The notes under the pieces were generated by a model. The model saw nothing but the letters and a program-made list of their open reading frames with translations. It did no database searches and was not told where the DNA came from. DNA of 32,000 nt, taken from contig OY969931.1 of assembly GCA_963704705.1 (NCBI GenBank), positions 930,001 to 962,000 of the forward strand. Direction: 5' to 3'. Of this stretch, positions 18,591-27,526 are shown in pieces; position 1 is the stretch's first letter, and the number at the start of each line of letters is the position of its first letter. The stretch is from an uncultured bacterium. Lineage in GTDB: Bacteria; Patescibacteriota; Gracilibacteria; UBA1369; PNNO01. The position numbers and the translations under genes are program-made.

Positions 18591-19520
18591 TTAAATTTCA
18601 AGCATTTCGTAAGTAATTCTGGCGTCTTTCATAGCACCCAAATAATCATCAAGTTCTCCTGCCTGGAATTTCATGATTCTTGTTATCATTTCAGCCATTT
18701 GGCCTCTAGTTAATAAATCATCAAATTTATCAATATCAAGAGGAATAAAATTATTAGTAGATGCTGTTTCAACTATTAATCTGTACCAAGGATCCCCTTC
18801 TTCATAATCATATCCCATTCCAATTAATACAATTTTCAATGCTTCAACGAAATTAATATTATTTGCCGGTTTAAATGAACCGTCACTATATCCTTCTACC
18901 AAGCCCATATCCTGTGCAAAACAAACATATTTTGCATACCATGCATCAGATTTAACATCAGTAAAACAGTCCATGCCATCGTATGCATTGAATTCATTAT
19001 TATATTTAGATTCAACAACAATCTTTAATAATTCAGCTCTGTTTATATTTTGATCAGGTTTGTAAGACCCATCTTCATAACCCTGAACAATACCATTGTT
19101 ATAAACATACCAAATTGCATCTTCATATTTATTACCGGCAATGTCGCGCATTGCTTCATAAGTAACTGGTTCAGGTTCAGGTGTTGGTTCAGGTTGTGTT
19201 GTTGTAGTTGGATTGAAAGGTTTATCAGTTGGACTTAAAAAAGTCTCCCAAATCCAGCCTTCAGTTCCATCAGCAAGTCTTATTTTGTGCCATCCTTCAG
19301 TAGTTCCGATTACCTGTACTACCTCACCACCAGACAACGTCGTTATAACTGTAGATTCCTCCATGCATGAAACCGTTCTCAAATTTACCGCAGAAGTAAC
19401 TTCAGCATTAAAATTCTGAGGAGTCAAAGGATCAGAAGAGCAGATGTCTGTTGCAAAAACAGTTGGTAATGTGACTGCCAATATAGCTATTGTCGCCATT
19501 ACAGCTAATAACTTTTTCAT
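18591..19520 (-). CDS. Secreted or cell-surface protein with SH3b domain and SLH repeats
   Basis: Signal peptide MKKLLAVMATIAILAVTLPTVFA; SH3b-like VNLRTVSCMEESTVITTLSGGEVVQVIGTTEGWHKIRLADGTEGWIW; SLH-like repeats (YEDAIWYVYNNGIVQGYEDGSYKPDQNINRAELLKIVV; SDAWYAKYVCFAQDMGLVEGYSDGSFKPANNINFVEALKIVL; ...). Confidence 0.88.
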   Translation of the reverse strand: MKKLLAVMATIAILAVTLPTVFATDICSSDPLTPQNFNAEVTSAVNLRTVSCMEESTVITTLSGGEVVQVIGTTEGWHKIRLADGTEGWIWETFLSPTDKPFNPTTTTQPEPTPEPEPVTYEAMRDIAGNKYEDAIWYVYNNGIVQGYEDGSYKPDQNINRAELLKIVVESKYNNEFNAYDGMDCFTDVKSDAWYAKYVCFAQDMGLVEGYSDGSFKPANNINFVEALKIVLIGMGYDYEEGDPWYRLIVETASTNNFIPLDIDKFDDLLTRGQMAEMITRIMKFQAGELDDYLGAMKDARITYEMLEI

Positions 19521-19558
19521 AATATAAGGTTAATATTATTACATATAAAAAAATGTAA

Positions 19559-21085
19559 TTATTTTGCATATTCTTCTTCTCTTGTTTCTCTTATCACATT
19601 CACTTTAATCTGACCCGGATATTGTAAATCATGTTCAATCTTTCTTGTAATTTCATGTGATAATTTTACTGCAGACAAATCATCAACCTCTTCAGGATTT
19701 ACAAATATTCTTACTTCTGTACCTGCCTGAATTGCATACGCTTTTCTAACTCCTTCAAAATTATTACATACTGTTTCAAGCTCATCTAATCTCTTTATAT
19801 AGTTATCCAAATTATCCTTATTTGCACCCGGTCTTGCATTTGAAATTGCGTTAGCAGCAGCTACGATCATCGCTTCAATTGTTTCCGGAGGCGGATCTCC
19901 GTGATGAGCATCAATACAATGTATTACTTTCTCATCCAAACCAAACTTCTTGGCAATATCACGACCGATTGCAGCATGATGTCCCTGAACCTCATGATCA
20001 ACAGCTTTACCAATGTCGTGTAATAAACCTGCGCGTTTACAAATATTTACATCTCCGCCAAGTTCACTGGCAAGATTAGCAGCCAAATAAGCTACTTCCA
20101 TTGAATGTTTAAGTACATTTTGACCGTAACTTACTCTGAATTTAAGGCGTCCCAATAATTTAATCAAATTAGGATGAAGTCCTGCAACACCTACATCAAA
20201 CGCTGCTTTTTCACCAAGTTCTTTAATTAACTTACTTACTTCTTCTTTAACTTTTTCATAAGTTTCTTCAATTCTTGTTGGATGGATTCTTCCGTCTTCA
20301 ATAAGCCTTTCAAGTGTGATTTTTGCAATATATCTTCGCACCAAATCAAATCCTGAAATAACAATTGATCCCGGAGTGTCATCAACAATCACATCAACAC
20401 CTGTAATTTCTTCAAAAGTATTAATATTTCGACCTTCACGACCGATGATTCTACCTTTCATATCATCAGAAGGAAGACTCACAATTGTAGCTGTTGATTC
20501 AACAGTTGTCTCAGCTGCATATTTTTGAATTGCTTCAGCAATAATAAATTTGGCTTTTGCTTCAGCCTGTTCTTTTACATCTTTTTCAGTCTTTTTGATT
20601 TGTTCTACCAGTACTTCTTTTGTATCTTCTTCAACTTTTTTAAGAAGTATATTTTTTGCATCTTCTTTTGACATTTGCGCAACTTTTTCAAGTTCCGCTT
20701 CCTGCATTTCCTGAATTTTCTGTACTTCTTCACGAAGTCTTTTTACTGAAGTTACTTTGTCTTCAAGTTCTTCCTTCAATTTATCAGCATCTTCAGATTT
20801 TTTATCAAGACCCTGTTCTTTTTCAACCAGGCGTTCTTCAATTTTTTGTAATTGAGCACGCTTTCGTTGTTCTTCTTTTTTTGCTTCATCTAAAACTTTA
20901 AAAGCTTCGTTTTTAGCTTCAAAAAGAAGTTCTTTAGATTTGTTTTGTGCATCTTTAACAAGCTGCTGACTTTTTTCAGTCAAATCCTTGTTTTTCTCTT
21001 CTACAAGCTTTTTTCTGTAGACATAGCCTGCGGCTATCCCTCCAGCAAGCCCGACCAGAGCAAGGATTATAGTTAGTGCATCCAT
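19559..21085 (-). CDS. rny: Ribonuclease Y
   Basis: N-terminal TM, long coiled coil, KH domain GRIIGREGRNINTFEEITGVDVIVDDTPGSIVISGFD, HD domain VLKHSMEVAYLAANLASELGG...AGLLHDIGKAVDHEVQGHHAAIG. Confidence 0.96.
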   Translation of the reverse strand: MDALTIILALVGLAGGIAAGYVYRKKLVEEKNKDLTEKSQQLVKDAQNKSKELLFEAKNEAFKVLDEAKKEEQRKRAQLQKIEERLVEKEQGLDKKSEDADKLKEELEDKVTSVKRLREEVQKIQEMQEAELEKVAQMSKEDAKNILLKKVEEDTKEVLVEQIKKTEKDVKEQAEAKAKFIIAEAIQKYAAETTVESTATIVSLPSDDMKGRIIGREGRNINTFEEITGVDVIVDDTPGSIVISGFDLVRRYIAKITLERLIEDGRIHPTRIEETYEKVKEEVSKLIKELGEKAAFDVGVAGLHPNLIKLLGRLKFRVSYGQNVLKHSMEVAYLAANLASELGGDVNICKRAGLLHDIGKAVDHEVQGHHAAIGRDIAKKFGLDEKVIHCIDAHHGDPPPETIEAMIVAAANAISNARPGANKDNLDNYIKRLDELETVCNNFEGVRKAYAIQAGTEVRIFVNPEEVDDLSAVKLSHEITRKIEHDLQYPGQIKVNVIRETREEEYAK

Positions 21086-21309
21086 AACGATTAGTTAGTG
21101 TTATACACTGACCCAAGTAATTAATTATCTGATTGAAATTTATTCGCTTCAGAGGCACAAAATTGTACCTTTTTCATTTATATCTTAATGTGTTTCAATT
21201 ATTTTAATTTTGCAATTAAGTTTAAAATCCTCTTATTAAAGCGCTTAATTTCTAATTACCTAAATCAGTTTCATAATATTCTTACATTACAACTATACTG
21301 GAATTTCAC

Positions 21310-22581
21310 TTAAGAAGTCAACGGGGTTTGTCCTATATATTGTATAAGCTCAGAAACACCATATTCCTCTTCTAAAATCTGCACTACTTCGCTTAAACAA
21401 GGTCTTTGTTCTCTATAATAAGTCAAACATCTTAATAATATTACTAAAATATTTTCAGAAACATTAAATTCAACATCATAAATTGCAAAGGCTTCTCTTA
21501 ATAAAGAAACATCTATTGAAGCGTCTGTATGTTCGGCAATATACGCACATATTTCTTTTGATTTTTCATAATCACCCACAATTTGTTCAATAATATTTAT
21601 TCCAACAGCAAAAACATCAATACCAGTGGAAGCTTTTCTCAAATAATCAATAGAATACCCATAATATTCATAATCAAAAAATTCAATTGTTGTAAAAATA
21701 TTTGGGATACCTTCATCATTATTTGGATATTGAAAGCCATTAGGAACAATACATTCAGGATCACCTAAAATACAAACTGGTTGATCACCTGTATCTTCAA
21801 GCAAAAACATATTTTCAGGCTTAAAATCATGATGTACAAAACCCAAATTATGTAAATGATTACAACCATGAATGCACTGAGCAAGAGCCCTCATTCTGGC
21901 TTCTATCGGCATTTGTTTGAAATCTAGTTTATCAAATCGTTTTGCGCCAGTAATATCTTCTGTAAGAATCATCATCCCCCTGGTACCATCGGCTCTTTGT
22001 AAAGGAAACAAACTAGTTTGCATAAAATTAGGATGATGTGGAATGGAAATCGGACTTTCAAAATTCTGTGCTTTATCACAAAATTTAACTGCAAAACCAC
22101 CATGGTTTGAAGATCTGTAAATTTCTCTTTTAATTCTTGTGTCAGTACCAACGACAAAATTCCTTTCAGCCAGAACATCCGTAATGGCAATCTGTACCTT
22201 TTTATAAAAACTCATTAATAGAGTGCGCAGATAAATAAATACTTGAGCTTGATCTCCAATATCTTTTCTCATAAATTGATTTCCCTTTATTGAATCCCAT
22301 CTGTTTACAATAAATTCCCTAAGCCAATTTTCAAATTCTTCCTGATTTATTCCATAAAGTAAATTTTCTCCTTCAATAAGACTAACTAAACTTGATCGGA
22401 AGTTTTCTTTTAATGAAGTAACCGAAATACCGTTTAATGCATCAGGCGCTTCCTGCTGGATCTTACCTCTCTCAATTTGATCAATTAAGGCATGCACAAC
22501 ATGATCATTGAATATTTGTTCTTTTATTTCTGAAGGAGTAGCAATCTCAACGAAATCTTTATCAGTTTTAAGTCTTTCCAT
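21310..22581 (-). CDS. Divergent Ser/Thr protein kinase-like protein
   Basis: GGFAVKFCDK (VAIK-like), catalytic loop GFVHHDFKPENMFLL (H-x-D-x-K-x-x-x-N pattern), LGDPE in the DFG position; C-terminal lobe DVFAVGINIIEQIVG...LLRCLTYYREQRPCLSEVVQILEEE. Confidence 0.7.
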   Translation of the reverse strand: MERLKTDKDFVEIATPSEIKEQIFNDHVVHALIDQIERGKIQQEAPDALNGISVTSLKENFRSSLVSLIEGENLLYGINQEEFENWLREFIVNRWDSIKGNQFMRKDIGDQAQVFIYLRTLLMSFYKKVQIAITDVLAERNFVVGTDTRIKREIYRSSNHGGFAVKFCDKAQNFESPISIPHHPNFMQTSLFPLQRADGTRGMMILTEDITGAKRFDKLDFKQMPIEARMRALAQCIHGCNHLHNLGFVHHDFKPENMFLLEDTGDQPVCILGDPECIVPNGFQYPNNDEGIPNIFTTIEFFDYEYYGYSIDYLRKASTGIDVFAVGINIIEQIVGDYEKSKEICAYIAEHTDASIDVSLLREAFAIYDVEFNVSENILVILLRCLTYYREQRPCLSEVVQILEEEYGVSELIQYIGQTPLTS

Positions 22582-22716
22582 ATTTGCTTTTTAATTTCAT
22601 ACTCAACAAATCGAGATTTTAGCTAATCTATTTAAAAAATCAACAAAAAAATTTTAGAAATAATTTAAAAAATTTTAATAATTGTTCGCTATATTGATGG
22701 CCCCTAACAATTCAAT

Positions 22717-24672
22717 ATGTTTAAAAAAACACAAATATACGCGATTTTATCAGTATTGTTATTATATCTTTTCTTTATACAGAGGTTGTATGCCATGTCC
22801 CCTGCCACACCAGAACCTACTATAGAAAATTTTGCAGATTTAATAATTAATGAGGTGAGTTTTAAAAATTCTGAACATGACTGGATTGAATTGCTGGCAG
22901 TTAAAGGCGGAACAATAAAAGGGTTAAAGATTTATGATGATTCTGATTTTATTAATATAGATGATGATATTTTTGTACAAACTGGCGATTATATTTTAAT
23001 TTACTTTAAAGCTGATGAAGATTTAATTGGGTATAATAATGATATTTTGGTAATTCAGGATACAAAAAGCGGGCTTACCGGCACTACAGAACAAATTGCA
23101 CTTAAGAATTATAATAATGAAGTAATTGATTTTATATGCTGGCGCAATGAAAATCCTACTTCAGGAGAAATTGATGAATTTGATAATTTAAATATTGGAA
23201 ATTGGGTTTCAGATGAAATCAGTAGCTGCATTGACAGCGATAAAGTTTCCAATTCTGATTCGATTGGAAGAATTGAAAAAATCGATACTGATTCTCCTGA
23301 CGATTGGCAAATAATTCCGACCCCCACTCCAGGTGAAAATAATCATTTTGAAGAAATAATCAAGTTACCTGAAATTGAAATTCCAACACTTATTTCGGAA
23401 CAAATTACTGATGAAGAAAATAAGGAAAATATAGTTGAGATTTCTGAACAAAATATTTGTACAAAAGATATAGTGATTAATGAAATTTTCCCAAATCCTG
23501 CTGGAAACGACTCAAAACAAGAATGGATCGAACTTGCTAATCTTGGCTTGTCCACTTGCATTTTAGAAGGTTGGTCTATTGATGACAGTGCTGATGGCAG
23601 TTCTCCGTATTTTTTTAAAAAAAATGATGAAATAATTTCAGGAGGATTTTTTTTAATACCTTCATGGATCACAAAAATTAATCTTAATAATTCAGAAGAC
23701 TCAGTTCGACTATTCAAAAATAATGGAACTTTGGAGGATGAAATTTCATATAAAAACGCTCCTGAAGATGAAACTTTTTCAAGGATTGAAAATGAATTTT
23801 TTTGGACCAAAAAAATCACACCTCTTACTGAAAATATTTTTATTAAAGAAACCAAAGTTGAAAAGGGATCTGATGATATTAAAAAAGAAAATAAAATTAT
23901 AACAATACCTGATGGTGATTTATCTAATTCTATACAAATTACTGAAATTTTTCCAAATCCCAAAGGAACCGATAAAGGAAATGAATGGATTGAACTTTAT
24001 AATGATTCAGATGAAAGCGTAAACTTAAGTAATTGGATTTTGGACACAGGTGAAAATTCAAAAACTAAATATATCTTCCAAAATATCTCTATAGGCACAC
24101 AGGAACACCTCCTCATTCACGATAGTGAATTCAATTTTTCCCTCAAGAATAGCAATGGGGAGGTGCGTCTGCTCGATTTTAATGAAGGAATTGTTGATCA
24201 AATAGAGTACGATCAGGCTGAAGAAGGCAAATCATATACTAAGATATTAATTAAAAATGAAGATGACATCGAAGAATCATGGGAATGGACGGATATTATT
24301 ACTCCCGGAGAGCAAAATCCCATAAAAAATAAACTCACAGGTGAAATAATTCAATTTGATGAAACAAATTCCGTGCTCTCACTAAAGTTGCATGATTCAG
24401 ACAACAAATTAAATCTGAATGTTTTAAATGACGGAGTTTCAAATTATAAAAATGTATTTTTAAAGGGTGCCCAAATTGCTGCAATAATTTCAGAAACTGA
24501 AAATGGTGAGGCTTTACTTGATGAATATGAGATTATTGAACAGGCTAAAGAAGAAATCCCAAGTAACAATTTTAATTATTTATATTATTTATTCCCTGCG
24601 ATAATTGTTTTGTCAGCTTTTGGTTATTATTTTATTAAAAAGTATAAAATTATTAATTTTTCACCAGTTTAA
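22717..24672 (+). CDS. Secreted or anchored protein with three lamin tail domain (LTD)-like modules
   Basis: LIINEVSFKNSEHDWIELLAV; IVINEIFPNPAGNDSKQEWIELANLG...LEGWSIDD; IQITEIFPNPKGTDKGNEWIELYNDSDESVNLSNWILD; N-terminal signal-like and C-terminal TM segments. Confidence 0.85.
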   Translation: MFKKTQIYAILSVLLLYLFFIQRLYAMSPATPEPTIENFADLIINEVSFKNSEHDWIELLAVKGGTIKGLKIYDDSDFINIDDDIFVQTGDYILIYFKADEDLIGYNNDILVIQDTKSGLTGTTEQIALKNYNNEVIDFICWRNENPTSGEIDEFDNLNIGNWVSDEISSCIDSDKVSNSDSIGRIEKIDTDSPDDWQIIPTPTPGENNHFEEIIKLPEIEIPTLISEQITDEENKENIVEISEQNICTKDIVINEIFPNPAGNDSKQEWIELANLGLSTCILEGWSIDDSADGSSPYFFKKNDEIISGGFFLIPSWITKINLNNSEDSVRLFKNNGTLEDEISYKNAPEDETFSRIENEFFWTKKITPLTENIFIKETKVEKGSDDIKKENKIITIPDGDLSNSIQITEIFPNPKGTDKGNEWIELYNDSDESVNLSNWILDTGENSKTKYIFQNISIGTQEHLLIHDSEFNFSLKNSNGEVRLLDFNEGIVDQIEYDQAEEGKSYTKILIKNEDDIEESWEWTDIITPGEQNPIKNKLTGEIIQFDETNSVLSLKLHDSDNKLNLNVLNDGVSNYKNVFLKGAQIAAIISETENGEALLDEYEIIEQAKEEIPSNNFNYLYYLFPAIIVLSAFGYYFIKKYKIINFSPV

Positions 24673-24711
24673 GTATTTACAAACGAACTTTAATTAAGGC
24701 ATAATCAGGCC

Positions 24712-25425
24712 GTGGAAGAAAATAATAATAATATTTGGCGAACAATTGGATTAATCCTAATCGGAGCTATTATTGGCTATTTGATAGGACGATTTTCGTA
24801 TTTGGCTGCTTTTCCGGATACTGAAATAGAAGTTTCAGCACCAGAAAAATTAAAAGAAAATACTGAGCCGGTTAAATTAATACAAAATGTTAGTATTGAT
24901 GATGATCCTTCTTTAGGCAGTAATACAGCTGAAGTGGTAATTGTAGATTTTAGTGATTATCAATGCCCTTTTTGTAAAAATTTCTTTAATAATATACTGC
25001 CTGACCTTAAAAAAGATTATATTAATACCGGTAAAGTTAAGTATGTTTATAGAGACTTTCCATTAAATTTACACAAATCAGCTATAAATGCAGCAATGGC
25101 GGCAAACTGTGCCGGCGATCAGGGGAAATATTGGGAAATGCATGATAAACTTTTCGAAAATCAGGATATATGGTCTAAAGCTGATAATCCAAAAGATTTA
25201 TTTAAGACTTATGCTGTTGAACTAAGATTGAATACTTATACATTTAATGAATGCCTGGATTCTGAAAAATATAAGGATGAAATTACAAAAGATAAAGAAG
25301 AAGGTATAAGTTATGGTGTATCAGGCACTCCTACTCTTTATTTAAACGGGCAAATCTTGAGAGGCGGCTACTCTCAGGACTATGATGCATTCCAATCATT
25401 TCTTGAAAAAGAATTTGGAATATAA
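24712..25425 (+). CDS. DsbA-like thioredoxin-fold protein, membrane anchored (GTG start)
   Basis: N-terminal TM; VVIVDFSDYQCPFCKNFFNNILPDLKKDY...VYRDFPLNLHKSA...YGVSGTPTLYLNGQILRGGY. Confidence 0.9.
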   Translation: MEENNNNIWRTIGLILIGAIIGYLIGRFSYLAAFPDTEIEVSAPEKLKENTEPVKLIQNVSIDDDPSLGSNTAEVVIVDFSDYQCPFCKNFFNNILPDLKKDYINTGKVKYVYRDFPLNLHKSAINAAMAANCAGDQGKYWEMHDKLFENQDIWSKADNPKDLFKTYAVELRLNTYTFNECLDSEKYKDEITKDKEEGISYGVSGTPTLYLNGQILRGGYSQDYDAFQSFLEKEFGI

Positions 25426-25444
25426 AGGGCTTTAAGATAAAGCT

Positions 25445-27346
25445 ATGTTAAAAGCACTTACCAAACCGAAAAATAAAATTATAATTTTGGCTGTTTTAAC
25501 TGCTATTTTAATTATATTATCGTTTTTTGTTGCAAATTATTACCTTTTTGCGCTTCTTACGTTGATTATAGCTCTGGATGCTAAAAATATTTTTGAAAAA
25601 ACCTTTAATAATATAAGGAAATTAAATTTCCATGCTGAATTATTAAGAGGTCTGGCTGTAATGATACTTTATTTTTACAATTTTACATTAACTCTATTCC
25701 CTGCTGCTTCTCCTGATATATCTAGATCTGTTAGTTTTATTGGATTAGCACTTATAATTATTATTCTGGAAATATTCAATTCATATAAACAAAAAATACG
25801 TTTTGAAAGTATATTGGATAACCTTAAGGAATCGGAGAAAGAATATAAAATCGGAGAAATTGTTGAAATTAAGTCGGGTGAAATGATTCCTGCAGACGGG
25901 ATTATAATTGAAGGTTCGACTTTGGTTAATGAAAGTTCAATAACCGGTGAGGACAGTATTATTGAAAAAAAATTTAATGATGAGGTTATTGCTACAACCT
26001 TAAATATGAAAAACAGAATTGTTATTAAAGTTACGCAAATAGGTGAAGATAAAGTAATTGATCAGATAAAAACTTTAGTTGAAGATCAAAATACCGAACA
26101 AAGTGATGCACAGAAAATTTTTAAAAAAACTGAAAATATATTAGGTTTGTTATTTATAATAATTGCAATTGTTTTATTTGTATTTTGGTTTAAATATACA
26201 GGTTCTTTCTTTGTTTCAATTTATTCAATGTGTAGTGTTCTACTGATCATTTCACCTGAAAATTTTTACAATTCTGTTGAATTCCCTCTGGAAATAGGTG
26301 TTAAATCAATTACAAAAAAAGGAATATTCATTAAAAATTTCAAAATTATTGAAACTTTAAATAAGATCAACAGAATAATATTTAAAAAAAGAAAAGTATT
26401 AACAGAAGGAAAGCTGAATGTAACAAATATTATTCCTAAAGATGCATTTAATGAAAAACGATTCCTTATTTTGCTTGGATCATTGGAAAGTCTATCTGTA
26501 AGCGCTATTGCGCAGGCAATAACAGAATATTGTGAAGATCAAAAAATCAGTTTTAAAAAAGTAAATGATTATAAAATAATTAAAAGTATGGGAATTATAG
26601 GGATTATTGATAACCAGGAATTTATTATTGGAAGCGAAAAATTAATGCAAAGATATAATGTAAAAATGACAAGTGATTTATACGATAAAGCTGAAGTAAT
26701 GGCACGCAACATAAGAACTCCTGTTTATGTTGCCAGAGACAGATCTCTTGTTGGAGTAGTCGGGGTTACGGATAGGCTTAAAGAACACGCGAAACAAGGT
26801 ATTCAAAAACTTAAAAAACATTATAAGCTCAGCTTAATTACCGGTGACAATAAAATAGTTGCAAAAGGTATTTGTGATGAACTTGGAATTAAAGACTGTA
26901 TCGCTGAACTTGATGAAATTGAAAAATTAGAAGCACTTAAAAAATATCGCGAAGATAAAGATATTGTTATAGCTGTGGGTGACGGAAAGGAAGATAAAGA
27001 TTTTCTTGATGAATCTGACGTAGGCATAGCATTAGGCAGTTATACCGATTTATTAACAAAATCAAACGATATCACCCTTATTAGTGATGACATAAGAGAA
27101 ATTGATGAAGTTATTAATCTTTCAGGAAAAATTAAATTTGTTACAAAAAAGAATCTTCAAATAACTGTTTTATATCATTTAATAGCTTTATCAATTGCTG
27201 GAGGAATTTTTATACCCATATTTAAACTATTAATAATTCCAGCTGCAGCAGCTTTATTAATGTTATTTTCTTTTGTTCTGATCCAGAAAAACAGTTTTAG
27301 CCTTATGAAGGATAAATCTTTTTACCATCATCGTCCTTCAAAGTAA
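25445..27346 (+). CDS. P-type ATPase-like (heavy-metal/P1-like) membrane protein lacking the catalytic aspartate
   Basis: SGEMIPADGIIIEGSTLVNESSITGED (actuator), LITGDNKIVAKGICDELGI, VVGDGKEDKDFLDESDVGIALG (hinge) identify the family. DKTGTLT position reads KKRKVLT; CPC position reads SPE. Confidence 0.85.
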   Translation: MLKALTKPKNKIIILAVLTAILIILSFFVANYYLFALLTLIIALDAKNIFEKTFNNIRKLNFHAELLRGLAVMILYFYNFTLTLFPAASPDISRSVSFIGLALIIIILEIFNSYKQKIRFESILDNLKESEKEYKIGEIVEIKSGEMIPADGIIIEGSTLVNESSITGEDSIIEKKFNDEVIATTLNMKNRIVIKVTQIGEDKVIDQIKTLVEDQNTEQSDAQKIFKKTENILGLLFIIIAIVLFVFWFKYTGSFFVSIYSMCSVLLIISPENFYNSVEFPLEIGVKSITKKGIFIKNFKIIETLNKINRIIFKKRKVLTEGKLNVTNIIPKDAFNEKRFLILLGSLESLSVSAIAQAITEYCEDQKISFKKVNDYKIIKSMGIIGIIDNQEFIIGSEKLMQRYNVKMTSDLYDKAEVMARNIRTPVYVARDRSLVGVVGVTDRLKEHAKQGIQKLKKHYKLSLITGDNKIVAKGICDELGIKDCIAELDEIEKLEALKKYREDKDIVIAVGDGKEDKDFLDESDVGIALGSYTDLLTKSNDITLISDDIREIDEVINLSGKIKFVTKKNLQITVLYHLIALSIAGGIFIPIFKLLIIPAAAALLMLFSFVLIQKNSFSLMKDKSFYHHRPSK

Positions 27347-27515
27347 TCGCACCAGCAGGGCAAGATTTCGCAGCAAGCATTAAATCTTCATCAGATGCTG
27401 ATTTTGGATCTAATATATATGCTTTGCCGTCATCTCCCAGCTTAAAAACAGTGGGAGCTATTTTAGTGCAAGGTAAAGAACCTATACACTTTGTTTTATC
27501 AATTACAATATCCAT
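27303..27515 (-). CDS. Small single-cluster ferredoxin with atypical ligand set
   Basis: 70 aa: KTKCIGSLPCTKIAPTVFKLGDDGKAYI...AAKSCPAGAITL; ligand positions C10, S13, C16, C52. Confidence 0.85.
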   Translation of the reverse strand: MDIVIDKTKCIGSLPCTKIAPTVFKLGDDGKAYILDPKSASDEDLMLAAKSCPAGAITLKDDDGKKIYPS

Positions 27516-27526
27516 AAATATTTATG

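Noticed and set aside
18591-19520. SLH repeats as a DNA repeat array
   Set aside because: Repeats are protein-domain level only; the nucleotide sequences are diverged, and this is a known surface-anchoring domain.
23109-23963. Antisense ORFs (72 aa, 206 aa) within the LTD gene
   Set aside because: Composition (Ser/Ile/Phe-rich) is typical of antisense reading of an AT-rich gene; the sense ORF has clear domain homology.
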